Shown here in pieces: positions 48,101-59,309 of a stretch of DNA of 64,000 bases. The DNA lies in NCBI GenBank assembly GCA_002269645.1, contig NIVC01000571.1:372001-436000 (forward strand). The letters run 5' to 3'. Origin of the DNA: Macrostomum lignano (Eukaryota). The first letter of the stretch is position 1, and each line of letters starts with the position of its first letter. Below the pieces are notes generated by a model that saw only the letters and a program-made list of their open reading frames with translations, was not told where the DNA came from and made no database searches. Made by a program: the position numbers and the translations under genes.

Positions 48101-51100
48101 TTGTTGGGCAGGGAATTGTGGGGCAGGGGTTTGTGGGGCAGGGGTGTGTGGGGCAGGGGTTTGTGGGGCAGGGGATTGTGGGGCAGGGGATTGTGGGGCA
48201 GGGGTTTGTGGGGCAGGGGTTTGTGGGGCAAGGGAATTGTGGGGCAGGGGTTTGTGGGGCAGGGGTGTGTGGGGCAGGGGTTTGTGGGGCAGGGGATTGT
48301 GGGGCAGGGGATTGTGGGGCAGGGGTTTGTGGGGCAGGGGTTTGTGGGGCAAGGGGATTGTGGGGCAGGGGTTTGTGGGGCAGGGGTGTGTGGGGCAGGG
48401 GTTTGTGGGGCAGGGGATTGTGGGGCAGGGGTGTGTGGGGCAGGGGTTTGTGGGGCAGGGGTGTGTGGGGCAGGGGTGTGTGGGGCAGGGGTGTGGGGGG
48501 GCAGGAGTAAGGGATTCGATCAGGGGCGAAGTGGCTCTCAGTCGGGGCCAACGCACCGGTTGCATCCGCGTCCATCAGCTGGCTGGAGTTCTGCAGTGAC
48601 TGCAGGCTGGTCAGAGCTTCCTCAGCCTGGTCTCTGGTGTCATTCTGGTCCTTCATCAGAGCCAGAGTCTGGAATTAGCCAGTTTTCAATACCACAGCTC
48701 AAATAAATCTCCAGAATGACAGGCGAATCTGCCAGCGAGCTCACCTGAGCATCTTCGGCTTCCTGTCGCTTCATGAGCTCGTCGAGTTTCTCCTGCACCG
48801 GGCCGAGGCCCGCGTCGCGATCTCCTTCGCTGGCGAGGGTGGCGGCTTCGGCCTGCAGGGCGGGGAATTGGAAGAGGACTGAAGAGGAAAACTGGGATAC
48901 TCGGAACAGCGGGTGAGGGGGAAGTGGGATAAGTTTTTGAAACTAACAAGCGAGCCAAATCTGATCCCTGAGGCTGAAATCTCTGTTGCGGCGCAAAATT
49001 ACTTGCTGTAAGCGCCGAAATGATTACTGTAAGCGTTAAAATGATTCCTGTAAGTGCCTAAATGAGTGCTGTAAGCGCCTAAATGAATGCTGTAAGCGCC
49101 GAAATGATTGCTGTAAGCACCGAAATGATTGCTGTAAGCACCGAAATGATTGCTGTAAGCGCCAAAATGATTGCTGTAAGCACCGAAATGATTGCTGTAA
49201 GCACCGAAATGATTGCTGTAAGCGCCTAAATGAAGAGAACATGTGAGTAAAGGCTTCCCATACTAAAGAGGTGGGGGCGGTTTCGCCATCAAGACACTGA
49301 GCAGCCTCACATCGAACTGCTGCAGCTCTGAGTCGATCCGCACCAGCAGCCGCTCCAGCTCGCTGCCGTTGAGCACCGCGGCCTGGCCGGCCCGCAGCCG
49401 CTGCAGACTGGAGTTGGCGGAGTCGGTGCTGTCGATCAGCATGAAGATGCAGCTGTCGCAGACTTTGCAGCCGCCCTGCGGGGTGTTCAGCCAGCCGCGC
49501 CGGCAGATGTCGCAGCGCTCGCCGCGGACCCCGTCGACGCACTGGCACTGGCCCGTGACATTGTCGCAGCCGGCGAAGTTCGCGCCGATGCAGCTGGTGC
49601 ACTCTGGGGGCGCGGGCGGCGTGGGATTCCGTTATGGGCTGGCCAGATCCCGGTAAAGAATTCCTCAGACTGATGGGATATCAGACCTCAGACTCAGACT
49701 TGGAGACTCCCATTTTGGAATTTGAGAAAATTTATATTAAAATCCCAAAATCTAATTCCCAAGGCGCGAATCCCAACACAGAAATCCACATGCTGGAATC
49801 CCAACACAGAAATCCACATGCTGGAATCCCAACACAGAAATCCTCAAGCTGGAATTTAAACACAGAAATCCTCATGCTGGAATCCGAACACAGAAATCCT
49901 CATGCTGGAATCCGAACACAGAAATCCACTTGCTGGAATCCAAACACAGAAATCCTCATGCTGGAATCCGAACACAGAAATCCACATGCTGGAATCCCAA
50001 CACAGAAATCCTCATGCTGGAATCCAAACACAGAAATTCCCATGCTGGAATCCAAACACAGAAATCCTCATGCTGGAATCTGAACACAGAAATCCCCATG
50101 CTGGAATCCAAACACAGAAATCCTCATGCTGGAATCTGAACACAGAAATCCTCATGCTGGAATCCAAACACAGAAATCCTCATGCTGGAATCCGAACTCA
50201 GAAATCCCAATTAAACCCCAAATGTCAGAGATCACAATGTTTAATCACAAACCCCTAAATTGAAAACCCCCCTCTCACCTGTGCACCCGTCAGGTCCGTA
50301 GCCATAGTAACCGGGCAGGCACCTGTCGCACTTGTCGCCGGTGACGCCCGGCCGGCACTGGCACAGGCCGGTGTCGCGGTCGCACTGCGAGCTCAGGCTG
50401 GCGTTGCCGCAGCCGCAGTCGCGACAGCCGCCGGCCGACCCGAAGCCCCAGCGGTCGGGCTCGCACTCGGAGCAGCGGGCGCCGCTGACGCCCTGACGGC
50501 AGAGACACTCGCCAGTGCGTCGGTTGCACTTCACGGTGCCGTTGCGGTCGCAGGCGCAGCCTGGAGCAGGATGGGGAGTTGAGCTCGGGGTCTGCGAGAC
50601 CTGCCGCTAATTAGGGAGTCGCAGCGTGAAGGGTTCGCTGTCTGACACTGTCTGACACAGTCTGACACAGTCTGACACAGTCTGACACTATCTGACACTG
50701 TCTACACAGTCTGACACAGTCTGACACTGCCTGACACAGTATTACACAGTCTGAAACAGTATTACACAGTCTGACACAGTATTACACAGTCTGACACTGC
50801 CTGACACAGTCTGACACAGTCTGATACAGTCTGACACAGTCTGACACAGTCTGACACAGTCTGACACAGTCTGACACAGTCTGACACAGTTTGACACTGC
50901 CTGACACTGCCTGACAGTCTGACACTGCCTGACACTGCCTGACAGTCTGACACTGCCTGACACTGTCTGACACAGTCTGAGACAGTATTACACAGCTCTG
51001 ACACTGCCTGACACTGCCTGACAGTCTGACACTGCCTGACACTGTCTGACACAGTCTGACACAGTATTACACAGCTCTGACACTGCCTGACACTGCCTGA

Positions 51101-54100
51101 CACAGTCTGACACAGTCTAACACAGTCTGACACAGTCTGACACAGTTTGACACTGCCTGACACTGCCTGACAGTCTGACACTGCCTGACACTGCCTGACA
51201 GTCTGACACTGCCTGACACTGCCTGACAGTCTGACACTGCCTGACACTGTCTGACACAGTCTGACACAGTATTACACAGCTCTGACACTGCATATCCTTT
51301 AATTAGACCCTTTTCGATCAGACACACGGGCCGTCGGAAAAGTGTCAGGGGCGGATGAGAGTATGGCTCACCTGTGCAGTTCTTCGCGTCCACTGAGTCG
51401 CCGAACATCCAGTCGGTGCACAGCTCGCAGTAGTAGCCAGTGGAGTTCTGGCAGCGCAGGCACTCGCCAGTGATATTGTGACAGGAGCCCGGCTCCATCA
51501 GGATGTTGCCGCTGCACGGGCAGGGTTGGCAGGGCAGGTTGCGAGCCGGGTCGCCATAGTAACCGGGCTTGCACCTGGCAGGGTTCGGTTTAAACTGATT
51601 ATTAATCTACTAGTATTAATTTCAAGTTAATAATCTGAGCACAAGTACGTAGCCTCTATTTTTGCAATTTTATCGATCCGCTCTGACTGGCAGTGTACGC
51701 ACCCACCACCCCATTTTATCGATCCGCTCTGATCGGCAGTGTACACACCCACCACCCCATTTTATCGATTCGCTCTGACTGGCAGTGTACGCACCCACCA
51801 CCCCATTTTATCGATCCGCTCTGATCGGCAGTGTACACACCCACCACCCCATTTTATCGATCCGCTCTGACTGGCAGTGTACGCACCGACCACCCTATTT
51901 TATCGATCGGCTCTGTTCGGCAGTTCACCACCCAATTTTCTCGATCCGCTCTGATAGGCAGTGTACACACCCCATTACCCCATTTTATCGATCCGCTCTG
52001 ATCGGCAGTGTTCAGGATTCCAATAAACAGATTTGAGGTAAATAACGAACAGGAACTCACCTCTCACAATTCACCCCATCGTATCCCTCTTTGCAGGTGC
52101 AAATATCCATATCGCTACCAAGCGCTTCGCATCTCTCGGCGAAATTCCTCGGGCAGCGGGGATATCTTTGCAACGCGGAGTTCAGGAAGTGCGGGCACTG
52201 GCTACTGCTGCAATGGTCGGGTTGGCGGGTTCTCTGAATGTTTATAAAAGGAGAGAAAGTGCAAGTAGTGCTACTGTTAGTAAATTAAAGAAAAGCGGGG
52301 AATATTACTTGGACACGGCTGGCCCGGGGCAGCGGCAGGGCCGGCAGATTGTCTTCCTATCGGACCCGGTTTCAATCACGTGACCCGGCGGGCAGACCTC
52401 GCACTTCTTGCCGTAGAAGCCGTCGCGACAGTTCTGGAAAGTTAAAGTGCTTGTGTGTTGGGAATGGGGTGGGATTCTGATGAGGTGGGATTCTGATGGG
52501 GTGGGATTCTGATGGGATGGGATTGTGATGGGATGGGATTGTGATGGGATGAGATTCTGATGGGATGAGATTCTGATGAGGTGGGATTCTGATGGGATGG
52601 GATTGTGATGGGATGGGATTGTGATGGGATGGGATTGTGATGGGATGAGATTCTGATGAGGTGGGATTCTGATGGGATGGGATTGTGATGGGATGGGATT
52701 CTGATGGGATGGGATTCTGATGAGGTGGGATTCTGATGGGGTGGGATTCTGATGGGATGGGATTGTGAAGGGATGGGATTGTGATGGGATTGTGAAGGGA
52801 TGGGATTGTGATGGGATGGGATTGTGAAGGGATGGGATTCTGATGGGATGGGATTCTGGAGTGAATATGGGATCAAGCGGGATGGGATTGTGAAGGGATG
52901 GGATTCTGGAGTGAATATGGGATCAAGCGGGATGGGATTGTGAAGGGATGGGATTGTGAAGGGATGGGATTCTGATGGGATGGGATTCTGGAGTGAATAT
53001 GGGATCAAGCGGGATGGGATTGTGAAGGGATGGGATTGTGAAGGGATGGGATTCTGATGGGATGGGATTCTGGAGTGAATATGGGATCAAGCGGGATGGG
53101 ATTGTGAAGGGATGGGATTGTGAAGGGATGGGATTCTGGAGTGAATATGGGATCAAGCGGGATGGGATTCGGATTTTCGTCGGTCATCAAGTCGCCCGGG
53201 CTCACCAGGCACTGGCCGCTAAAGGGGTCGCAGAGCTCGGAGCGGTTGCTGCAGGCGCAGGGCTTGATGGTCAGCTGGCTCACGTCGCGGCCGCCGCTGG
53301 TATCGATGAAGAAGCCCCGACCGGGCAGCTGGCAGGAGAGGCCTGAGAACTCCTTCGGACAGGCGCAGCGCTCCACGCCCCGGACGGGCCGGCCGGCAGC
53401 CGAGGACGCGTCCGACACTTCGGCCAGCTCGAGCGAGGCGTCCTGCAGCCTGGCGGTTGCAAAACAAATGCAACTCGTCACTGAAAGTTCTCAAAAAATG
53501 ACAGCTCGAACGCGGGCTCGAGGCTCACCTGACCGCCCGCACGTTGCCAACGACGGCCATCGGCCAAGAGATGCGGCGCATCCGGGCCAGGAAGTTCAGG
53601 AACTGCAGGCGGGACATCGCCGACCCGTTCTGGTTGGTGAACGAACTCTGCGGGGGTCGGGCGTCGGCCGGTCATGGATACTCTCCCAGAATCACTCTCA
53701 GCGTCTCTCAGCGTCTCTCAGTGACTCTCAAAGACTTTCAGTGACTATAAGTGACCCTCAGTGACTCTCAGTGACCCCTAGTGACTATCATTCACTCTCA
53801 GTGACTCTCAGTGACTGTGTGACTATCAGCGACTGTGACTATCAGTGACTGTGTGATTCTCAGTGACTGTGTGATTCTCAGTGACTCTCAGTGACTTTCA
53901 GTGACTCTCTCAGGGATTCTCGGTGACTCTCAGTGACTCTTAGTTGCTCAGCAACTCTTCAAGACTTTCAGTGACTCTCAGTGACTCTCAGTGACTCTCA
54001 GTGACTCTCAGTGACTCTCAGTGACTCTCAGTTACTGCCAGCGACTTTCTTGCGATACAGAACCTGAGCAAATCCCCAGTGACGCAAGAGACTCACCTCG

Positions 54101-57100
54101 TGCAGCAGCAGCTCTACTCGGAGCTCCTGGCCGGGTGTCCGGCCAGCCTGCACAATGCGGTGCCTCAGCGAGCCTCCCTGGTTGGTCTGCAATTCACAAT
54201 TGAAGATTTTTCGATTCCTCTCGGTTTTCCCACCGAAAATTTATCCCAACTCCCAGCCTCACCCAGAGCGTGAGGAAGCTGTCCAGCTCAGCAGCCGCAG
54301 GCGCCCCATCGAACTCCAGCCGCATGGCAAGCCGCAGCCGGCCCAGATACAGCCGCACCGTCTCGTTGGTCAGCCGCTCCACGGGGATCAGCAGGTTCGC
54401 CGAGCTGTCGAAGTTGCTACCGGCCGGATGCGAGAAGAGAACGTCGTTCAGCTGCTGGGATGGCGCGGAGCTGCCAGAAGGCAGCGGCTGCACCAGCCGC
54501 TTCACCGATTGCTGCGGGGCCGGGGCGGAGGCAGTGCGAGTGACGGGTGGCTTGAGAGTGACAGACAGGATGAGAGTGACAGACAGGGTGAGATTGACAG
54601 ACAGGGTGAGAGTGATAGGCAGGATGAGAGTGACAGACAGGGTGAGAGTGACAGGCAGGATGAGAGTGACAGACAGGATGAGAGTGACAGACAGGATGAG
54701 AGTGACAGGCAGGCCCGTTGAAAAAGTTATGCACCTGCAGAGGCATAAAAGGTGAGCGAGGTGCACAAAAGAGGCACTTTGGTGGCCTATTTCGTGTGTG
54801 CTTTGGAAATGCACCTGAGTGCACCTTTTATGCCTAAATGTCACCAATATTTTCGAAAAGAGGCATGAAAGGTGTACAATCGGTGAAGTGGTCAGGCAGT
54901 AGGTGAATTCTCAATTTTGATTGGTTGCGGCGGTAGGGGCAGGAAAGGTGCTGAAGGGGCACTGGAGGTGCGCAAAAGGTGAACAGCAGGCTCACAAGCG
55001 AGGCACAGCAGGTGCAGGAAAGGTGCTGAAGGGGCGCAGAAAGTGCACGAAAGGTGAATTAGAGGTGCATAAGTTGTACATGTTGCAGCGTAAATATGTA
55101 TACAGGTGCATTTCCAAAACACGCTCGAAATAGACCCCAAAAGTGCCTCTTCTGTGCACCTCGCTCACCTTCCATGCCTATGCACGAATTAACGCATTAA
55201 TACGAGCGTAATCAGCAACAAAAAATTAACTGAGAGTTACATACAGTAACATACTCGTACATTGCATGCACAGATCGAACATAGAAAAGCTTTATTTACA
55301 TCTATACTAATCGCTGCTATCCCCTTCCTGATCCTGACAAACCACGAAAGCAAACATTTCCTATACTGATAAGTTTTAATGACTTTCAAATACTCAGGAA
55401 AAGTTCCGAAAAGTGGTGAAAAGTTTTGCATCAGTGAGGAAAAGTTTTGAATCTGTTCAAAGAATAGTAAGGAAAAGTAGCAAAGAACTTTCGCAAGTTG
55501 AAACGCCCCTTGCATTGCCTCTACGCCTAAAGTGCCCACTGTGCACCCTTTATTCACCTTTCGTGCCTCCAGTGCACACTGTACACTTTTTATGCACCTC
55601 TACCGCAGCGCACCTTTTTTTCACCTTTCACTCCACCAATGCCCCCAATTCCTACTTTGTTCACCTTTTGTGCCTCAACGCACACTGTGCACCTTTAATT
55701 CACCGAACTCCCCTATGGCACCTGTGCCCCTACCGCCTATTTCGTGCCTTAAATTCACCTTTTGACCCTGCAGAGGCACTCAGGTGAACACGCGGTGCAC
55801 AAGTGGCACAAAATAGGCATAAGAGAGGCGAAAGTGAGGCAGAAGGTGCAAAACTCTTCACCTTTCGTGCCTACTTTAAAAACTCAAAATCCAACGGGAG
55901 GGTGAGAGTGACAGGCAGGATGAGAGTGACAGACAGGGTGAGAGTGACAGGCAGGGTGAGAGTGAAAAACAGGGCTAAAGTGACAGACAAGGTGAGAATG
56001 ACAGGCAGAGCGAGAGTGACAGGCAGGGTGAGAGTGACAGACAGGGTGACAGGGACCGGCAGGGTGACTGAAAAAGCTGCTTTCAAGCAAAATGTCTCCC
56101 CAGAGACTCACCGTCACCATCCTGGCGGCAGCCTCGGTGCAGGTGGCATTCGGCAGGCCGCTGCAGAAGCAGGCGGTGCAGCCCGAAGGATTCGCCGGGT
56201 CCAGGTTGAAGAACCCCGCCTTGCACGTCGAGCACGTGGGCGGGGCCACGTTTTCCTAGAAAATCAGAAAACCAGAACAGCCGCTTTAAGCATTTTAAAG
56301 GTTTTGCTGCCTTCTGGCGCCACTTATACCCTTGTAGCACCTTGGCGCCACTCTACCCTTGTAGCACCTTGGCGCCACTCTACCCTTGTAGCACCTTGGC
56401 GCCACTCTACCCTTGTAGCGCCTTGGCGCCACTCTACCCTTGTAGCACCTTGGCGCCACTCTATCCTTGTAGCGCCTTGGCTCCACTCTACCCTTGTAGC
56501 GCCTTGGCGCCACTCTACCCTTGTAGCGCCTTGGCGCCACTCTACCCTTGTAGCTCCTTGGCGCCACTCTACCCTTGTAGCACCTTGGCGCCACTCTACC
56601 CTTCAAGCGGCCACAATAGAAGTGTGTATCCACGTGTATCCTGTATCCCCGCAGCTCACCTTGCAGGCGCAGGCGCCGGACTCCGCGCTGCAGATCTCCT
56701 CGGTGACGCCCTCGGAGGTGCAGTTGCACTTCTCGCAGCTCGGAAAGGCAAAGTGGCCGCGCTTGCAGTGGCTGCACTTTTGGCCCGCGATGTTCTCGCC
56801 GCAGCTGCCGGGTTTGGAGCAGGGGAGACTCTGCTCTAGTCTCTGCTCTAGTCTCTGGTCTAGTGTCTGGTCTAGTGTCTGGTCTAGTGTCTGGTCTAGT
56901 GTCTGGTCTAGTGTCTGGTCTAGTGTCTGGTCTAGTGTCTGGTCTAGTGTCTGGTCTAGTGTCTGGTCTAGTGTCTGGTCTAGTGTCTGGTCTAGTGTCT
57001 GGTCTAGTGTCTGGTCTAGTGACTGGTCTAGTGTCTGGTCTAGTGTCTGGTCTAGTGTCTGGTCTAGTGTCTGGTCTAGTGTCTGGTCTAGTGTCTGGTC

Positions 57101-59301
57101 TAGTGTCTGGTCTAGTGTCTGGTCTAGTGTCTGGTCTAGTGTCTGGTCTAGTGACTGGTCTAGTGTCTGGTCTAGTGTCTGGTCTAGTGTCTGGTCTAGT
57201 GTCTGGTCTAGTGTCTGGTCTAGTGTCTGGTCTAGTGTCTGGTCTAGTGTCTGCTCTAGTGTCTGGTCTAGTGTCTGCTCTAGTCTCTGCTCTAGTCTCT
57301 GCTCTAGTGTCTGGTCTAGTGTCTGCTCTAGTCTCTGCTCTAGTGTCTGGTCTAGTGTCTGCTCTAGTCTCTGCTCTAGTCTCTGCTCTAGTGTCTGGTC
57401 TAGTGTCTGCTCTAGTCTCTGCTCTAGTCTCTGCTCTAGTCTCTGCTCTAGTCTCTGCTCTAGTCTCTGCTCTAGTCTCTGCTCTAGTCTCTGCTCTAGT
57501 CTCTGCTCTAGTCTCTGCTCTAGTCTCTGCTCTAGTCTCTGCTCTAGTCTCTGCTCTAGTCTCTGCTCTAGTCTCTGCTCTAGTCTCTGCTCTAGTCTCT
57601 GCTCTAGTCTCTGCTCTAGTCTCTGCTCTAGTCTCTGCTCTAGTCTCTGCTCTAGTTTCTGCTCTAGTCTCTGCTCTAGTGTCTGGTCTAGTGTCTGCTG
57701 TAGTCTCTGCTCCGGTCTCTGCTTCAGTCTCTGCTCTACTCTAGTCTCTGTTCCAATCTCTGATCTTATTCTCCCCTTCATTCGCCGCTCACCTGCACTG
57801 TCCCGTCACCAGGTCGCAGGCGGCCGAGCCGTTAGTTGTGCCAAGCGAGTTGCAGCGGCAGGGCTGAAATTGGAAGGCGGAGTTTCGTTACCCGGCGTCT
57901 GCTCCCCCTTTGGCATCTCCGGCAGCAGCCCCGCCTCTCACCATGCAGCCGGTGACCACGTTGTAGCCGTAGTTTCCGGGCTCGCAACGGTCGCACTTCT
58001 TGCCGGCCACGTTTCTGGGGCAGATGCACTCACCGTCCGGCTCCGAGCACAGCAGACCGCCCGGACAGTCGCACTCTGCGGCGGTTAGCCGATATGTATC
58101 GAAATTCAATATGCAGCCTGTTGAATTTCGCTGTACCCACAGCTTCATCTGACATCCACAGCTTCATCTGACATCCACAGCTTTATCTGACAACCACAGC
58201 TTCATCTGACATTCACAGCCAGTGGCCCCTGACACCCAGTGTCCTGACACCCAGTGTCCTGACACCCAGTGTCCTGACACCCAGTGTCCTGACACCCAGT
58301 GTCCTGACACCCAGTGTCCTGACACCCAGCATTCTGACACCCAGACTCCTGACAACCAGTCTCCTGACACCCAGTCTCCTGACACCCAGTGGGCCCTGAC
58401 ACCGAGTCTTCTGACACCCAGACTCCTGACAATCAGTCTCCTGACAGCCAGTCTCCTGACACCCAGTGGGCCCTGACACCCAGTGTCCTGACAACCAGTC
58501 TCCAGACACCCAGACTCCTGACATCCAGACTCCTGACAACCAGTCTCCCTGACACCCAGTGGGCCCTGACACCCAGTGGGCCCTGACACCCAGTCTTCTG
58601 GCACCCAGACTCCTGACAATCAGTCTCCTGACAGCCACACTCCTGACACCCAGTGGGCCCTGACACCCAGTGTCCTGACAGCCAGTCTCCTGACACCCAG
58701 ACTCCTGACATCCAGACTCCTGACAACCAGTCTCCTGACACCCAGTCTCCTGACACCCAGTGTCCTGACAGCCAGTCTCCTGACACCCAGACTCCTGACA
58801 TCCAGACTCCTGACAACCAGTCTCCTGACACCCAGTCTCCTGACACCCAGTCTCCTGACACCCAGTGTCCTGACAGCCAGTCTCCTGACACCCAGACTCC
58901 TGACATCCAGACTCCTGACAACCAGTCTCCTGACACCCAGACTCCTGACATCCAGACTCCTGACAACCAGTCTCCTGACACCCAGTCTCCTGACACCCAG
59001 TCTCCTGACACCCATTCTCCTGACACCCAGTGGATCCCGACACCCAGTCTCCTGACTCCCAGACTCCCGAGCACTTCTCTTCGCCATCTGCTCACTCTTG
59101 CACTCCGGGAAGCTGAAGTAGCCGATGGGGCATCGGTCGCAGGTGCGGCCAACCGTGATGCCGCGGCAGGTGCACTGGCCAGACAGCGGGTCGCAGGTCT
59201 TGTTCAAGGCTCCCTGCGGGTGGCACTGGCAGGGCCTGTAGCCTTTGTTGTAGGTTACACTGGCCTGCTGCAGGCAGCGGGAGCACAGCGGGTCCGAGCG
59301 C
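36136..59301 (-). CDS. LAMA5: Laminin alpha chain, alpha3/5 (LanA/epi-1) type, 3' part: LE repeats, L4b, LE, coiled coil, LG1-5
   Basis: 35 exons: 59301-59096, 58075-57942, 57863-57793, 56804-56660, 56255-56112, 54511-54263, 54186-54097, 53647-53529, 53449-53206, 52433-52309, 52207-52061, 51574-51372, 50560-50279, 49603-49311, 48852-48745, 48668-48557, 47308-47129, 47048-46768, 45917-45476, 44983-44849, 44566-44390, 43718-43534, 43445-43305, 42841-42479, 41641-41475, 40825-40382, 39874-39754, 39665-39518, 38689-38527, 38420-38298, 38009-37431, 37326-37155, 36950-36711, 36535-36413, 36281-36136. Phases match throughout except for a 1-nt discrepancy near 37818. LE order and motifs ([45 protein letters not shown]) follow LAMA5. 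C-terminus [10 protein letters not shown]; AATAAA on the minus strand at 35916-35911. 5' exons lie beyond the window. Confidence 0.92.
36570..36700. repeat. 20-bp degenerate repeat, laminin intron
   Basis: Unit CAGCCTCACCGCATCATCCC. Confidence 0.75.
36978..37086. repeat. 29-bp repeat, laminin intron
   Basis: 3-4 copies of GATGCTGGAGAGTGATGGGGACTGTCAGA. Confidence 0.85.
38045..38270. repeat. 20-bp minisatellite, laminin intron
   Basis: Unit CTAGTAACTCGAGTAGGTCC. Confidence 0.92.
38815..39510. repeat. 13-bp minisatellite, laminin intron
   Basis: Unit GATGCTAGGGGCG. An interruption block is duplicated at about 38960 and 39355. Confidence 0.95.
40064..40354 (-). mobile_element. tRNA-derived CORE-like SINE, copy 2, in a laminin intron
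   Basis: Aligns with 10369-10658. (TTA)n-like tail at 40031-40060. Candidate TSD CCCAATA(T/C)A at 40022-40030 and 40352-40360. Confidence 0.87.
40850..41410. repeat. 17-bp minisatellite, laminin intron
   Basis: About 33 near-perfect copies of GGGATCTTGAGCTGGTT. Confidence 0.97.
41675..41955. repeat. 33-bp minisatellite, laminin intron
   Basis: Unit ACCCGTGACTGGGGTGTGTGCGGTGGCTTCTCC. Confidence 0.92.
42198..42475. repeat. 11-bp minisatellite, laminin intron
   Basis: Unit ACCCCAGCGGC. Begins 4 nt inside the donor. Confidence 0.96.
43015..43265. repeat. 9-bp repeat, laminin intron
   Basis: Unit GCTGATGA(G/A). Confidence 0.88.
43745..43935. repeat. 17-bp minisatellite, laminin intron
   Basis: Unit GATGGATTGATAGCATT. 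Confidence 0.93.
43980..44388. repeat. 31-bp minisatellite with an internal palindrome, laminin intron
   Basis: Unit CTGAGCACTGCTCAGGCCACTCAGCCCCAAC, containing the hairpin CTGAGCA-C-TGCTCAG. Starts at the donor. Confidence 0.95.
44665..44830. repeat. About 24-bp repeat, laminin intron
   Basis: Unit GGTTCTCAGGAGTGATCTCACTCA. Confidence 0.85.
45079..45486 (-). repeat. 18-bp in-frame splice-donor array (VQGELQ)n
   Basis: About 22 copies of GTGCAGG|GTGAGTTGCAG spanning the donor at 45476/45475. Confidence 0.96.
45940..46740. repeat. 22-bp minisatellite, laminin intron
   Basis: Unit GAGATCCCAGCTCAACCCCAAT. Confidence 0.95.
47350..48500. repeat. 15-bp G-rich minisatellite split by a SINE, laminin intron
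   Basis: Unit GGGGCAGGGGT(G/T)TGT at 47350-47630 and 47998-48500. Confidence 0.95.
47631..47997 (-). mobile_element. Second tRNA-derived SINE family
   Basis: Minus-strand head GGAGGCCGTAGCCCAGCGGTCTAG..GGCTCGATTCC. A-rich tail TAATAAAAAAATAATAA. Candidate TSD TGGGGCAAG(G/T)GTTT. Confidence 0.72.
49000..49230. repeat. 21-bp minisatellite, laminin intron
   Basis: Unit TGCTGTAAGCACCGAAATGAT. Confidence 0.93.
49770..50205. repeat. 28-bp minisatellite, laminin intron
   Basis: Unit AACACAGAAATCCTCATGCTGGAATCC(A/G). Confidence 0.95.
50640..51290. repeat. 10-bp repeat, laminin intron
   Basis: Unit CTGACACAGT / CTGACACTGC. Confidence 0.95.
51670..52010. repeat. About 46-bp minisatellite, laminin intron
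   Basis: About 7 copies of TTTTATCGATCCGCTCTGACTGGCAGTGTACGCACCCACCACCCCA. Confidence 0.92.
52460..53170. repeat. 16-bp-based compound minisatellite, laminin intron
   Basis: Unit GATGGGATTGTGAAGG / GATGGGATTCTGATGG, with longer blocks containing GAGTGAATATGGGATCAAGC. Confidence 0.93.
53690..54030. repeat. 10-bp repeat, laminin intron
   Basis: Unit CAGTGACTCT. Confidence 0.92.
54535..56070. repeat. 18-bp minisatellite split by a DNA transposon, laminin intron
   Basis: Unit GAGAGTGACAGGCAGGGT at 54535-54713 and 55899-56070. Confidence 0.92.
54714..55898. mobile_element. Non-autonomous DNA transposon with a 3-bp TSD (CMC/EnSpm-like by inference)
   Basis: TIR CCCGTTG..CAACGGG. TSD AGG at 54711-54713 and 55899-55901; removing the element and one TSD restores an exact host repeat unit. 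Many AAAAGGTG/CACCTTTT subterminal motifs. About 73-bp internal inverted repeat (54750-54823 versus 55095-55170). Confidence 0.8.
56310..56605. repeat. 27-bp minisatellite, laminin intron
   Basis: Unit CTTGGCGCCACTCTACCCTTGTAGCAC. Confidence 0.95.
56830..57740. repeat. Bipartite 12-bp minisatellite, laminin intron
   Basis: A TCTAGTGTCTGG block followed by a TCTAGTCTCTGC block. Confidence 0.97.
58135..59070. repeat. 19-bp x4 repeat followed by a 15-bp minisatellite, laminin intron
   Basis: CCACAGCTTCATCTGACAT (58135-58215), then TCCTGACACCCAGT(G/C) and variants. Confidence 0.93.
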
Positions 59302-59309
59302 CTGCAGGT

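Noticed and set aside
55803-58088. 761-aa plus-strand ORF and the overlapping 392- and 293-aa ORFs
   Set aside because: Chains of intronic repeats and antisense laminin exons.
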